64,000 nucleotides of DNA from Dictyostelium discoideum (lineage: Eukaryota). Under the pieces are notes generated by a model. The model was not told where the DNA came from. It saw only the letters and a program-made list of their open reading frames with translations, and did not search any database. The translations under genes were made by a program, and so were the position numbers. Shown piece by piece: positions 41,384 through 55,072 of the stretch; position 1 is the first letter of the stretch, and every line of letters begins with the position of its first letter. The stretch spans positions 2,144,001-2,208,000 of the forward strand of contig CM000155.2 in assembly GCA_000004695.1 (NCBI GenBank), in the 5' to 3' direction.

Positions 41384-42292
41384 TACTACTATAATCTGAA
41401 TATTCACTATTATTTAAATTATTATTACTATTATTTCTATTAAAACCATTATTATTATCATAAATCTGTACAGAGGTATTAATATTATTATTATTATTAT
41501 TATTGTTATTATTATTGTTATTGATATCATTTGGTGAAATTTTTTCAGTAAAATCGACTGGAAAGAAGCCACTTAAACCATTACATTCTCCAACCCACCA
41601 ATTATCGTGTGGTTTGTCAATTACATTTACAATATCGCCTACTCTTAATGGTAAATCACGAGTAGTTTCGGGGTTAAATTCGTAAATAGCCTTTACTTGG
41701 CCATAACCACCACCTTGTTGTTCTTCCCAACCTTTATCCAATCTTGATGCTTGTCCTCTTCTTCTTAAATTTAATAATTGACCAATTACCATTGGTACTC
41801 CTATAAATGTTGCTGCAATAATTAAAATCAAGGTACCAACTGATTGTTTCTTTTCGTTTTGAAAATTTCTAAAATCCTATAAAAAAAAAAAAATAATAAT
41901 ATTTGATAAATATTAGTCCAAAAGTTTCTATCTATTTTGCTCGATTCTATTCTATTTTATTCTATTCTATTCTATTCTATAGATCAAAACTTACGGAAAC
42001 ATCCATATTTGCTTGTCTTAAACTCTCTGTTATTGCATTACTTCCAAATTTGGAAGATGTATTGTTATTACTACTGTTACTTTTTGATTTCTTTCCTAAT
42101 AAATATCTAAAAACTCTTAAAAATCTAGATGCAACTGATTGAAACATTCTAAATAATGAATATGTTTTAATTATAGCCATAATTTCATAACTAAAGTGAC
42201 TCATACTTTGGCATAATCTAATAATAATATAATAAAAAAAAAATATATAATATTAGTATTTTTTATGTATAGAATAAATATATTATTTGGTT

Positions 42293-42328
<36 letters not shown>

Positions 42329-43115
42329 TTATGATTGACGAGAATGAACCATGAACTGCATCAAAATTTGCATCTAATAATCTAGAGAATCTGGAGAATG
42401 TGTCAACGATTGAATGTAATGCTTCCATCCAAGAATGACCACTCGATACTACACTTTGAAGTGCTCCTCCTTTTCCATCCATATTATCGTAGCCACGTTG
42501 GCCATATCCTCCACCATATCCTCCACCATATCCTCCACCATAACTACTACCATAACCTCCACCATAACTCGAACCGTATCCACTACCACCATAACTACTA
42601 CCATAACCACTACCATAACTTGAACCATATCCACCACCATAACTTGAGCCATATCCACTACCACCATAACCACCACTACTATAACCTCCACCCCCATACA
42701 AGCTACTACCATAACCACCACTACCACCACTACCATAACTACTGCCGTAGCCACTTGATCCGTAGCCACCACTACTATATGAATCTCTGTATCCGCCACC
42801 ATAACTACTTCTATATCCACTACTACCACCGACACCACCACCAAAACTATCTATACTTGAGGAACCTGCTCCACCACTCTCCCATGGTCTCATGGGGGTT
42901 CTAGGTCTTGTTACCAAAGGACCTCCTACTGATGTTGATGGTGAACCTGTATTATTTAATGTGCTAGTTTGAGTTGTGGTGCTGCTACCACCACCTGGTG
43001 ATGTAGTTCTTTGTGGACCACTCATTGGTCTTGATATTCCTCCTGAACCTGTCATTGATGTACTTCCTCCACCACCTGAATTGTTTTCCCATGGTTTGGG
43101 TGGGCTTCTTCTCAT
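41175..43115 (-). CDS. pex13: Peroxin-13 (PEX13) peroxisomal import docking protein. Three exons, complement(41175..41876, 41995..42217, 42328..43115).
   Basis: Exon 1 (ORF 42324..43115) has a long Gly/Ser/Tyr (SYGGGYGS)n repeat followed by the conserved ...[34 protein letters not shown] block. Donors are AG|GTAAAA (phase 2) and TCC|GTAAGT. Acceptors are tattag (42219..42218) and tttatag (41878..41877). The last exon (ORF 41175..41831) has a TM helix [17 protein letters not shown] and an SH3 domain ([47 protein letters not shown]). Confidence 0.85.
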
Positions 43116-43893
43116 TTCTTTATTTATCTATATATTAATTTTTTATTTTTTCTTTTTTTTTTATATTTCTTTGATTTCTTTTTTTATTTCTTTTTTACAA
43201 TTATTGTTTGTCAATATATAATTTCTAATTTAATTTGTGTAAACTATGTAAATTACACACTGATATCTATCTAGCTATAATTATATATATTTAAATTAAT
43301 ATTAATACTTTATTTCAGTTTATTTTAATTGATATGTTATTTTTATTAAACCATAAGACATATTAAAATTTTTGTGTTGTTTTTTTTTATTATTATATTT
43401 ATTTTTTTTATTTTTTTTATTTTTTATTTTTTATTTTTTTTGAAATATTTGTGTGAATGGTGGTAAAACGAATGTGTTATTATTATTTTTATTATTATTT
43501 ATATTTATTTAATTATTATTATTATTATTAATATTAATATTATTATTTTCTTTTTTTAATCATTGAGAATATGAAAAATAAATGTTATAGTAAAATTATA
43601 TATACATTTAAATAGAATATTCTATTGGTTTTTTTTTTTTTTTTTAGAAAAATTTAATTAAATTTATCAAAGATTGTGTGTGTTGAGAAAAAAAAAAAAA
43701 ATAAAAAAAATAAAAAAAAATAATAAAAAAAAAAAAAAAAAAAAATATAAAAAAAAAAAAAAAATAAAAAAAATTAAAAATAAAAAAAAAATTAAAAAAT
43801 AAAATAAAAAAAAAAAACTTTTCAATTTCCCAAGCCTTGTTTTGGGAAATTTCAACCATTTCGTCAGATGGGCTATGGGGGCTGAATGATAAT

Positions 43894-43931
<38 letters not shown>

Positions 43932-44047
43932 AGAATTGATTATTCATTGTTTTTAATTTGATTTTTGATATAATATTTTATTTTCATTTTAATTTATTTT
44001 AAAAAAAAAAAATAATAAAAAAAAAAAAAATAAAAAATTTCTAAAAT

Positions 44048-44078
<31 letters not shown>

Positions 44079-44381
44079 GAATAATAAACTTTTTTGGTTG
44101 TTTTGTTTTTTTTTTTTTTAAAAATATTTTTTAGAAATAGTTTTTCAATTTAATTTTACTTTTTACTTATTTGGTAATATTTTTTTTGATGAATATTATT
44201 TATAAAGGTTACTTTTTCAGAAAAAAAAAAAAAAAAAAAAAAAATGAATTAAATAGTAAGACTATTTTTTTTTATTTTTTATGTATATATATTTTATTTT
44301 TTTTTTTTTTTATTATTTTTTTTTTTTTTTTTTTTATTTTTTATTTTTTTTTTTTTATTTTATTTTAGTAAAAAGTAACGT

Positions 44382-46167
44382 TTATCTTGCAGTTGCAATA
44401 TCATCAATCTTTAATAACATTACAACGGTTTCAGTTGCTAAAGTTAAAGCAGAAGTTGAGACTAAAAGTGGCTGTACAACATTTTCTTGGAGGATATTTG
44501 TGATTGCGCCTTTTCTAACATTGATACCAGAGTTTATTTCACCTTGAGCATGTTTATTTCTTAATTCGGTGACGATAGAGATTGGATGAAGACCAGCATT
44601 TTCAGCAAGAGTGTAAGGGATGATCTCCAAGGCCTCAGCGTAAGCACGAACACAATAACTTGTGATACCAGTGAGAGTTTTAGAGAAAGCAGTGACTTGT
44701 TGTGATACTTCAATCTCTGGGGCACCACCACCAGCGATGAGGAATTTCTTTTTAACGAGGGAACGAATAACGCAGAGAGCATCGTGTAAGGAACGTTCGG
44801 CTTCATCTAAAACCAATTTATTTGAACCACGACATAAGACGGTGACGGTTTTACCAGGGTTTGGAATACCGGTGACCTTTACGATCTTACCATCACTGGT
44901 GCCAACCTCTTCGACCAAATCGGCTTTACCTAATTTATCGGCGGTGAAAGAATCGATGTTTGCTACTGGTTGACAACCGATGGTGTTGCAAATGAATTCA
45001 ATATCGTCACGTTCAATGTCCTTGATGACGAGGATCTTTAATTTAGCTAAATAGTGAAGGGAGAGATCGTTTACGGCATCACGGAGAATACTCTTTTGCA
45101 CCAACAAAACATTGCAACCACTCTTTTGAATCTTTCTACACATTTCCAATATTAACTTTGGTTCCTCTTTGATGACTTTATCCATCTTGGAATAATCAGA
45201 TACAACGATGTTGTTATCCATATATGTTTTTGGTGCAGACAAACAAAATTGAATCAAACCAATCTTTGCGTTTTGAATACGTGTTGGTCCACCTGCTGTA
45301 TGTGATGCTGTTTGATCAAATACTAAACCTTGTACTAATTCTGTGTCTTCGATGGTACCTCCTAACTTTTTAATCAATTTAATGTCCTTGAGATTTACAT
45401 TGACTGCAGTGGCTGGATTGATTACACTTAATACAGCATCGACTGCAATCGATGCTAAATTGGTATATTGTGATACTACTTTACTATTGAGTGAGGTGGT
45501 TGCACTCTTTACCAAACTAACTCTATCGGTTAAACTAACTGGAACTGACATTGATACCAATACCTCTAATGATTTATTCAATGCTAAATTAAATGCTTCA
45601 CTAATAATTGATGGATGAATACCTTTTGCCATTAATTGTGATACTGCTCCTAATAATGATCCTGCAATTACACATACTGATGTTGTACCATCGCCAGCTT
45701 CAATATCTTGTGCTTTTGCTAATTCTGCTAACTATAAATTTTATTTATTAATTTATTAATTATATTTATTATTATTATTATTATTATTATTAAATTAAAA
45801 AAAAAAAAATTATTAGTATATAGTTTTTTTTTTTTTTTTTTTAAAAAACGAATGAATTTTGAAGTGTGTTTTTTTTTTATTTTTTTTATTTTTTTTATTA
45901 TTTTTGATAAATTACCATTTTAGCAGCTGGATGTCTTAATTCTAAATTTTGAAGAATTGTAGCACCATCATTACTAATTAAAACTTCATTATTTGGTGAA
46001 ATGATCATTTTATCCATACCTTTTGGACCTAATGAGGTTCTGATTGCATCAGCGACTGCTCTTGCTGCAACAATATTTGATGTTCTTACATCCTTTTCTT
46101 TTTCTTTTTCATCAAAATCACTTCTTGATGGTAATACTTTTGCTGGTGCTGCTGCTGGTGCTGACAT
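44382..46167 (-). CDS. cct4: T-complex protein 1 subunit delta (CCT4, group II chaperonin). Two exons, complement(44382..45731, 45916..46167), 533 aa.
   Basis: Exon 1 MSAPAAAP...[54 protein letters not shown] has donor ATG|GTAATT (45915). Acceptor tttatag (45733..45732) gives [19 protein letters not shown].... The sequence is co-linear with human CCT4 (e.g. [87 protein letters not shown]). Confidence 0.9.
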
Positions 46168-46281
46168 TTTTTATATTTAAATAAACTTTTTTTTTAATTT
46201 AAATAAAAAAAAAAAAAATTATATATAAAAATAAAAATATAAAAAAAAAAAAAAAAAAAAACAATGAAAATTTGTGAACCC

Positions 46282-46342
<61 letters not shown>

Positions 46343-46854
46343 AATAAAAAATTTTAAAACTCGACCCACTCCTTTTTTTCCATTTTTAAAATCAAATAAT
46401 CATTGCTTATAATCACAATTCATAAATGGAAAAAAAAAAATATAAAAATAAAAAAAATAAAAAAAAATATAAAAAAAAATATAAATAAAAATAAAAATAA
46501 AAAATTAAAAATGGAAATTAATGGAAAAAAAAAAAAAATATATATAATAATGATGACAAAATTGTTTTTTTATTTTATTTATAATTAATTAAATTTCTTA
46601 ATCAAATAATTTTAATTTTAAATTTAAATTTAAATTTAATTTCAATTTAATTTCAATTTCTTAATTAAAATAATAAATAATAAAAAAGAATTTTTTTTAA
46701 AAATAGTATTATTTTTTAAAAAATAAATAAATAAAATAAAATAATGTCTTATTTGGTTTCTTTAATTGGTTATTTATAATTAATTAAATTTTAGTTTCTT
46801 AATTAAAAATAATATATAGACATTTTTAGTTATTATTATTTTATTTTATTTTTT

Positions 46855-47532
46855 TTATTCTTCATCTTCACTTGAATTATCATAATTTCCCATTAAACTA
46901 GCAAAAGAATTTACAGATTGAGTATTTTTATCATTTTCATTTTCTTCAGTTTTAAGTTTCTTTTTTGATTCTTCTTCCTCTTCTTCTTCCTTTTCTTTAT
47001 CTTTGTCATTATTATTTCCATTTTTGTCATTATTATTATTCTCATTATTTTTCGGTATTAATTTTATATTTACAAGTTTTCTCTTTGTGGTGGTCACATC
47101 AGTTGTAGTAGTAGTAGTAGTAGTATTTTCAATTTTTAAAGAATTATCATTTGATTGAGTAGTTTTATTATTATTATTATTATTATTATTGCTATTTGAT
47201 TGAGGAGGAATTATTGAATTGAATAAATTTGAAGCTTGTGATTTTTTAAAATCTTCAAGTTCTCTTTCAATTTCATCTTGTTCTAATTTCTTTTTTTCAT
47301 TTTCAATTTTTTCATTCTCTTTATAATGTTCAATATCATCTTTATCTAAACCTTGTGACGGTTTAAATTTAGTTTTTTCAATTATTGATTCCTCTTTTAT
47401 TCTTTTATTTTCTTGTAACCTTTCATATAAAGTTCTACTATCATATTCACCATCATCCTTTTGTTTCCCACCATACAGTTTCCTTTGTTCTTCTAATTCA
47501 CTCTCTGAAACGAACCTATTATTAAATGACAT
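46855..47532 (-). CDS. FAM192A/NIP30 (PIP30)-like protein, single exon.
   Basis: MSFNNRFVSESELEEQRKLYGG...DSRTLYERLQENKRIKEE...KFKPSQGLDKDDIEHY matches the FAM192A N-terminal domain (RFVSEAELDERRK...DPRSLYERLQEQK...KFKNMVRGLDEDETNF). The C-terminus is acidic or Asn-rich low complexity. Confidence 0.6.
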   Translation of the reverse strand: MSFNNRFVSESELEEQRKLYGGKQKDDGEYDSRTLYERLQENKRIKEESIIEKTKFKPSQGLDKDDIEHYKENEKIENEKKKLEQDEIERELEDFKKSQASNLFNSIIPPQSNSNNNNNNNNKTTQSNDNSLKIENTTTTTTTTDVTTTKRKLVNIKLIPKNNENNNNDKNGNNNDKDKEKEEEEEEESKKKLKTEENENDKNTQSVNSFASLMGNYDNSSEDEE

Positions 47533-47824
47533 TCTTTTTTTTATATTTCTATATTATGTTGTTTTCGTTGTTGTATTTGTATTTGTATGGTAGTGGTAGT
47601 AGTAGTGGTTGTTGTGTTTTGGCTGTTGAAAATCAAAAAGTTCAAGAATTTAAATTTTTTTTTTTATTTTTTTATTTTTTTTATTTTTTATTTTTTTTTA
47701 TTTTTTTGTTTTATTTTTAATTTCGCTCCATTATTTTCATTTTTTTTTTTTTATTTTTTTTTATTTATTTTAATTCAAAGACACTAATTTATAGTATTTA
47801 TAGTATTTATAAATAAAAATAAAA

Positions 47825-48580
47825 ATGGAAACAACAACAACAACAACAACAGCAGCAGCAACAAAAGGAACAAATGATGCAATGGAAACTAGTTCATCAA
47901 CAACAGCAACACCAACTACTGCAACTGTAGTACCACAAGTTGTTAGAAATGATGAATATATTAATACATTTTATGATATTGCAAATAAATTGGATACAAA
48001 TCCTTCATTCCCAGATGTATGTACAAATTTTTTTTGGATAGTTATATAATTTTGAATTTAAAGTTTAATAGTAATAAACTCCGAATCTCAATGTTTTAAA
48101 ATTATAACTACAGTTTATCCTTAATAATATTAGTTAGTTTTAATAAATTAATTAAAATTAATAAATTAAATAATAACAATAACAATAACAATAAATAATA
48201 ATAATAATAATTATTGAATTTTTACCTTTTTTTAATAAAAATAAAAATGAAAACAAAATCAAATAAAACTTAAAAAGGATGATAAATTATTTTCAAAAAT
48301 TATTGAATTATCTTCAAAAACCAAACAAACTAAAAAATTATCACCACAATTCATATCCAAATATTTTAAAAGATTCCCAACACTTCAAGAGAAAGCAATC
48401 GATTGTTTAATTGATTTATTTGATTCATCAGATGAAGATGTAATTATGAGAGTAAATGCTCTTAAAGCAATTCCAACAATTTGTAGAGATAATCCAGATC
48501 ATATCGCTAAATTAGTTGATATTTTAAGTCAATTATTAAATACAGGTTTGTAGTATACATACATATATATATATATATAG

Positions 48581-48635
<55 letters not shown>

Positions 48636-50186
48636 TTTAAATTATTAATTTTTATTCAAAAATAGATTCAAAAGTTGAAGCAGAACATACAAAAAATTCA
48701 TTAATTGAATTATATAAATTGAATTCAGTTACAACACTTAATTCATTTTTAACATTTTTAGAATCAGAAGAAAGTTCAATGGAAGATCAACCAGCATCAT
48801 CAACATTATTATCATTTTTAAAGGAAAGTATCATTCCATTGGTTCGTACAGAATATTCAAAAAGTTCAATAGAGACTCAAACATTCTTTAGAGTTCGTAT
48901 TTTGAAATTAATTGCAAAATGTACATCAACCACTGAATTGGATTTACTATTCCAATTATTAGAATGTTTCACACAATATAAAGTTCAAGAGACAATCACT
49001 GATTTAGAAACAAATGTCCTACCAGTAATTGAATCTCAATCATTGGATACCATTAGAAAGAAACTTATTAATTTCACTAAAATCTTACTTTTTAAATCAA
49101 AGGTATGGCAAATAAATAAGTAAAAAACATAATTCAAACCACCATTATTATTACTAACATTTTAAAATTATATATATATTTAGAAACCACATACAGAAAT
49201 TAATAGTAATAAATTATTTGATTTATATTTAAATAAAATTTTCCCAAAGGTTAATGAATTGGATGAAACTAATAAAACTGAACTAGTTTCAGTATTTTCT
49301 CAAGTCACACCTCATATGACACAAGAAATTTCAATGCAATTTTTAGAACCGGTTTATAATCTTTTCAAAGTATGTGTTATTAATCAATTAATTATAGTTA
49401 TTATTATTTATTATTTATTAAAATTTATTATTTTTTTTTTTTTTTTAGGCAACAGTACCATCAAAAACTACAACACCAGTTGCAGATGTTGATTTACAAT
49501 TTACAATAGTTGAAGCATTATTATTTGCATTATCATCAATTGGATCAAAATCAACAAGTTCACTTTGTAAATTATGTGGTTTCAAATTGGTTACAGGTCA
49601 ACCAAGTGATATGAATGCTGACCCAGTTAAATATGAGGATTTCTTGGGTAGACATAGATTTTTAGATGAAAAATGTAGAGAAACTTTGGGTAAAGCCAAA
49701 AAGGCAATTCCAAATCTTGGAAATCCAAAAGATAAGGCACAATTGAAATTGGCACAAAAAACACTCTTATCCACTCAAAACATTTTAACAATTATGCAAA
49801 ATTTATTGAAATCACCACCAGTTACAAACATCAATAATTTAGTAATCTCTTCAACAATTTTTAAAGGTAAACAAAATTTAATTCATAATGTTTCACCTGT
49901 ATTTAAACCACAACAACATCAACATCAACATCAACAACAACAAGTTCAACAAAAACAATATCAAAAATATCAAGCACAACAACAACAACAACAAAATATA
50001 CCAATTCAAAGAAATCAACAACAACAACAACAACAAAAATCAAATCGTTATCAACCATATGTTACACCTGGTAGAAGACATCAAGATTTAGATAAACCAA
50101 AACAAGATGGTGTTGAAGTTCATTATTATTCTGAAAAACATAATAAACCATCAAGTTTTAAAGGAAGGGGTCCAAAAAGTTATTAA
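47825..50186 (+). CDS. api5: Apoptosis inhibitor 5 (API5/AAC-11) ortholog. Five exons, 47825..48016, 48278..48545, 48666..49102, 49184..49369 and 49449..50186.
   Basis: Donors are GAT|GTATGT, ACA G|GTTTGT (phase 1), AAG|GTATGG and AAA|GTATGT. Acceptors are aaaaag, aatag, atttag and ttttag. All were frame-checked against track ORFs 48719.., 49259.. and 49587... Exon 2 ...LSPQFISKYFKRFPTLQEKAIDCLIDLFDSSDEDVIMRVNALKAIPTICRDNPDHIAKLVDILSQLLNT matches the API5 N-terminal HEAT/ARM region (LAAQFIPKFFKHFPELADSAINAQLDLCEDEDVSIRRQAIKELP...VADILTQLLQT). The C-terminus ...RGPKSY matches API5 ...RSRGRLY. Confidence 0.8.
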
Positions 50187-50667
50187 AATAAAATAAAATA
50201 AAAAAAAAATAAAAAAAAAAATAAAAATTATTGAAAATCTATTTTTTATATAAAATTTATTCCCTACCCCAAAAAAATTAATTATAATTACAAAAAATGA
50301 ATGATAAATAAATTATAAAAAGTAAATTATAAAATTATTGGTTGAAAAAAAAAAAAAAAAAAAAGTGATCATTTTGTGTATTTTTGAGTGTTATATTTAT
50401 CTATACTAAATTCATATTAAAAATAAATAAAATTAAATCATTGAATAAAAAAAAAATAATAAAAAAAAAATGAAATATTTAATAAATAAAATAATAATTA
50501 TAAAATTAAAAATAAAAAAAAAAGAAAAAAAAAAAAAGGCGATGGATTTTTCATTTTATTTTTTTTTTTTTTTTTTTTTTTTTAAAACACAATTTTTATT
50601 TTTTTTATTTTTTTAGTTTTTTATTTTTTTTTTTTCAAACATAACCCAAAAATAAATATATAATAAA

Positions 50668-52220
50668 ATGACAACTCAAATCTATCAGGTTCCAGTTGTC
50701 AGTAATGGTCTTAGAGAAACTGAATCTATTCTTCAAATTGTAGATTCACTTGAAAAACTTGAAAAGGTTTTTAATGATATGTATTCAACAATTTCTGCAA
50801 GAGTATCACATGAAAAATCAAGAATTGATAATGTTGCAAATAGATTAAATAATGCACAAGTATGTTTTTTTTTTTTTTTATATTAAAATGGTAATAATAA
50901 ATAGCTTACAACTAGTTGTATTAATATATATATATTCTATTTTTTATATGTTTTTTTATTATTTTATTTTTTTTTTTTAAAAAAAAAAAAAAGCATAAAG
51001 TTAATCAAATTGTTGGTAGTAAACAAGCAATAACAGTATTTAGTAGTGCAAAATATCCAGCAGATAAGAAATGGGGAGATTATGTACCAATTTATAGTGG
51101 AAAACATAAATTACCATTTAAACCATCACATTATCATGGATTGAATAGTGAAGATAGTCCAATTAAAAAGAGACCAGAGGATTCATATTTGGATGTAAAT
51201 GATTTAGTTTTCATTGAAAAGAGTATTGATACCACATCGAAAGAAGTGGAGGTTAAGGAAGGTCTTGGTAGAATTCCAGCACAGATTCCAAGTGTTTCAA
51301 ATCTTTTATTATTTAATACTCAAGAGAATCCATACAAAAAGTATTCAAATACATTGGACAATTTATCAGGTGGTGATGGTGGTGAAGATGACTACACAAT
51401 ATTTGGTGACCAATTGTCAAAGAAGAAGAGATTGGGTGACGCTCCAGTCACCGTTAAAGATGGTGATAGTAGAATCGATGCTGAAAACGTTAAAATCGGT
51501 TACGAACCTGGTACTTTTGAAATACCAGTTTACAATTTCCCTTCAATTTTACCACTTCCAAATGTAGCTGAAAATATTACATGGGCTGCTGAATCTCAAA
51601 GTATTGCTCCATCTCAAAAAGCGACTTTAAATTTATTACCAACTTATGATAATTCAAACTCAGGTAGTGCACCTGTAAATCAATCTTCAGGTGGTGATAA
51701 TAATGTAAATAATAATAATAATAATAACAATAGTAATAATAGTACAGGTATAATGCAACCACCACAACCTACAAATGCACCACCACCTCCTCCACCACCA
51801 CCACAATCTGCTAATGCCCCACCACCACCTCCACCACCACCTGTTTCTGCTCCACCACCATTTAATCCACCAAGTGTTAATAGTAACAATGATGACGATG
51901 ATGATGACGATGATGATAATGGTGGCGGCGGTGGACCAGGTGGTGCTATAGGTGATTTATTGGCTGATATTCGTCGTGGTCATAAAAATAGATTAAAAAA
52001 AGCTGATGTTGGTGGAGATAATGGTGATGGTGAAGATAATAAACCACCACCAGTTTCTGATGGAGGTGGCGGTTTAATGGGTGATCTTTTCAAAAAATTA
52101 GCACTTCGTAGACAATCCATTGCAACTACAAAATCAACTAAAAAACAATCAAAATCAAAGAAAGAAGATACTGATGACCAAGATGGTGAATCTGATACCG
52201 ATTCTTCTGAATGGGAATAA
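50668..52220 (+). CDS. WASH1 (WASP and SCAR homolog) actin nucleation-promoting factor. Two exons, 50668..50859 and 50994..52220.
   Basis: Exon 1 MTTQIYQVPVVSNGLRETESILQIVDSLEKLEKVFNDMYSTISARVSHEKSRIDNVANRLNNAQ has donor CAA|GTATGT. Acceptor aaaaag (50992..50993) gives HKVNQIVGSKQAITVFSSAKYPADKK.... Matches to human WASH1 include AIKVFSSAKYP, SSLLLFNTTENLYKKY (here SNLLLFNTQENPYKKY), poly-Pro, a WH2-like GGAIGDLLADIRRG, and the C-terminal GGGGLMGDLFKKLALRRQSI plus acidic DTDSSEWE. Confidence 0.85.
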
Positions 52221-52240
52221 AATAATAAATTTCTGAAAAG

Positions 52241-52271
<31 letters not shown>

Positions 52272-52527
52272 ATAATAATAAAGTTTTATTAATTGTAATT
52301 GTCTCATTTGAATTTATTTTTTTTTTTTTTTTTTTTTCATTTTTTTTTTTTTTGATTGGCTTGGTATAATTTTAATGTTTTAAGTAAACACAACCACGAT
52401 TTAAATTAATTTTTTTAAATTTCCCAAAATAAAAAAAAAAAAAAAAAACAGTGTGTAACCGAATTTTTTTTATTTTTCATTTTTTATTTTTTTTTTATTA
52501 TTTTTTTTATTTTTTTTATTTACCCCA

Positions 52528-55039
52528 ATGTCCTTAACAATGCAACAAAGTGATAAAGAAAAAGCCTCAGAAAAACCTTCTGAAACTATTATTGAGGAAA
52601 AAGATTTAATAAGCCAACAAACTATACAAAATGAAAATATGTCAAATTCGATAACAACTACGACTACAACCACAAAACCAACCCAACCTTCACCATTATC
52701 AGCTGAGCAAATAATACGAAATAATTCCAAATCAACAGAATTAAAAAATGCATCATCTCAAGAAACCCCATCAAATCCACCACCACCAACACCATCAAAT
52801 CCCCAATCATCAAATCCCCAATCATCAAATCTTCAACCATCAATAACAGTTACTAAAGAAAGTGGTATGGAACCAGACTCGCCAACCATTTCATCAACTA
52901 AAAAGGTAAAGTATTTCCCTTTAACACCTTATCTTGATAAATTGGATCAAATTAAAAAAGTACAAGAAATCAGTGCCGATGATATGATGAATGATCCAAA
53001 TTTATTAAAGATGTTTGATGATGATAAAATGTTTTTAAGTACACCTGAAAAGAATTCATCTTCATCATCATCATCAGTATCTTCACATTCTGATAGAATT
53101 GATAGTAGTGGTGAAGTAGATTTTTTTGATTTATACGGTTCATTATCAGATAGTGATGATTCTAGAGTTTCATCTCCATCAGTGGATCTTTCAGATTCAT
53201 CATCAATAGCATCTCCATCATCAACACCAGTAATCAATGCAACCCCACAATTAGTTTCAATCTCCGAATCTAATGAAAATGATTTATCAATATCAATATC
53301 AACTTCACCACCAAACCAATCTTCAATGAAAATCGACGATAATAAAAAACCAATAAATGAAGGAGAGAAAATTATACAAATTGAAAATGAAATAAAAGAA
53401 CAAACTTATTTGGAAACTATTAAAAATGTTGAAAACACAGTATCAAAAACATCAACCATAGCAACAACACCAACACCAACATCAACACCAACACCAACAC
53501 CAAAATCAACACCAACACCAAAATCAACACCAACGACAACAACAACTACCACATCTGTAAATAATATAACACCAACCATGGTTTCGAATGAAAAACAAAC
53601 CACTACAACAACCACTAAAACTAAAACATCACCACCACCACCAACACCACCACCAACATCACCAACATCAACAACATCACCAACGTCATCAACACCACCA
53701 ACACCACCAACACCACCAACACCACCAACACTACCAACTAAAATAACAAAAAAATCTTCCACAAATAAAACATCAGAAAAAAAAGAGGAAACAAATAATC
53801 AAAAAGAACAACCATCATCATCATCATCATCGTCATCATCATTAAAAAAGAATATAGTTCAAAAACAGATTAAAAAAATTAAAGTAAAAATTGAAGATAT
53901 GGCAAACAAAAAATATCCAAATAGTAAAAGAGTAACCATCAATGGTGGGTCAGCACCACCAGATGATGAATATTATCAAAATTTATTGGAATACTTAAAG
54001 GAGGAACAAGAATTTAAACCAAGTCCATTACCAAAAGAATCATTAAAGGATGGACATGTATTTATAGTTTATGGTGATTTAACAAAGTTGGTATGTGATA
54101 TTAGAATGGTACCATGTAGTCATAATGTAGTATTTAGAGATACAATCAATGGATGGTTGAAACCTGATTGGATGTTATTCCCCTTTGAAATTAGAAATAA
54201 ATTTAAGGATATTCGTATTGATTTCCGTGATGGTAGGGATAGAGTTTATAAATTAAAAGATTGGCCAACTGAATATCCAAACATTTCACAACCATGGCTT
54301 TGCAATGTGGTTCCATTCAAACGTGGTATCGACTCACATTGTTGTGCCTGGTATGTAAAAGGTGCAATTGACTTTTTGGATAAGGTCGGACACGATCTTG
54401 AAGTCAATAAGCCGCCCATCAAAAATGGAAGAGCAAAACCATTGGTAAGTCTACCCATTTTGGGTACTGGTGGGGGTGGCGGTTCCAGAATTGCCGGTCA
54501 AATTCTATCATTGCTAATTCATGAACTATTTGTTGCAACTCGTAAATGGAAGTATGATGTTGTTTTAGTAACAAATGAAATTTCAATGTACACAGCTGCA
54601 ACCAATATAAGAAAAGAATTAATAGAATCAAACCCAACCTTCTCTTCAATCTATCGTAATCTATTGGGTGATGAAATTATGAAAAAAGCACACACCTTGG
54701 GAAAACTATTAAGAGAGGATAAATTGGCAATATTCCTTGGTGCTGGTAGTTCTCGATCAGCAGGATTACCAACTTGGACAGGTTTACTAGATATGTTGGG
54801 AGCAAAACTTGGTATGACAGAAACTGAACTCAGACAAATGGAACAACTTCATCATTTAGATCGTGCAACAGTATTAGAATCTCGATGGAAAAAACAATTA
54901 AAAAAATATTCTGAAAATATTAAAACTTCTTCTAATTCTCCTTCTTCTTCTTCCTATTCTTCTTCTTCTTCTTCTTCAAATATTTTTACACCATCACTAA
55001 ATAAAATGTTTGAAAATGATAATTTAGATGGTGCAACAA

Positions 55040-55072
<33 letters not shown>

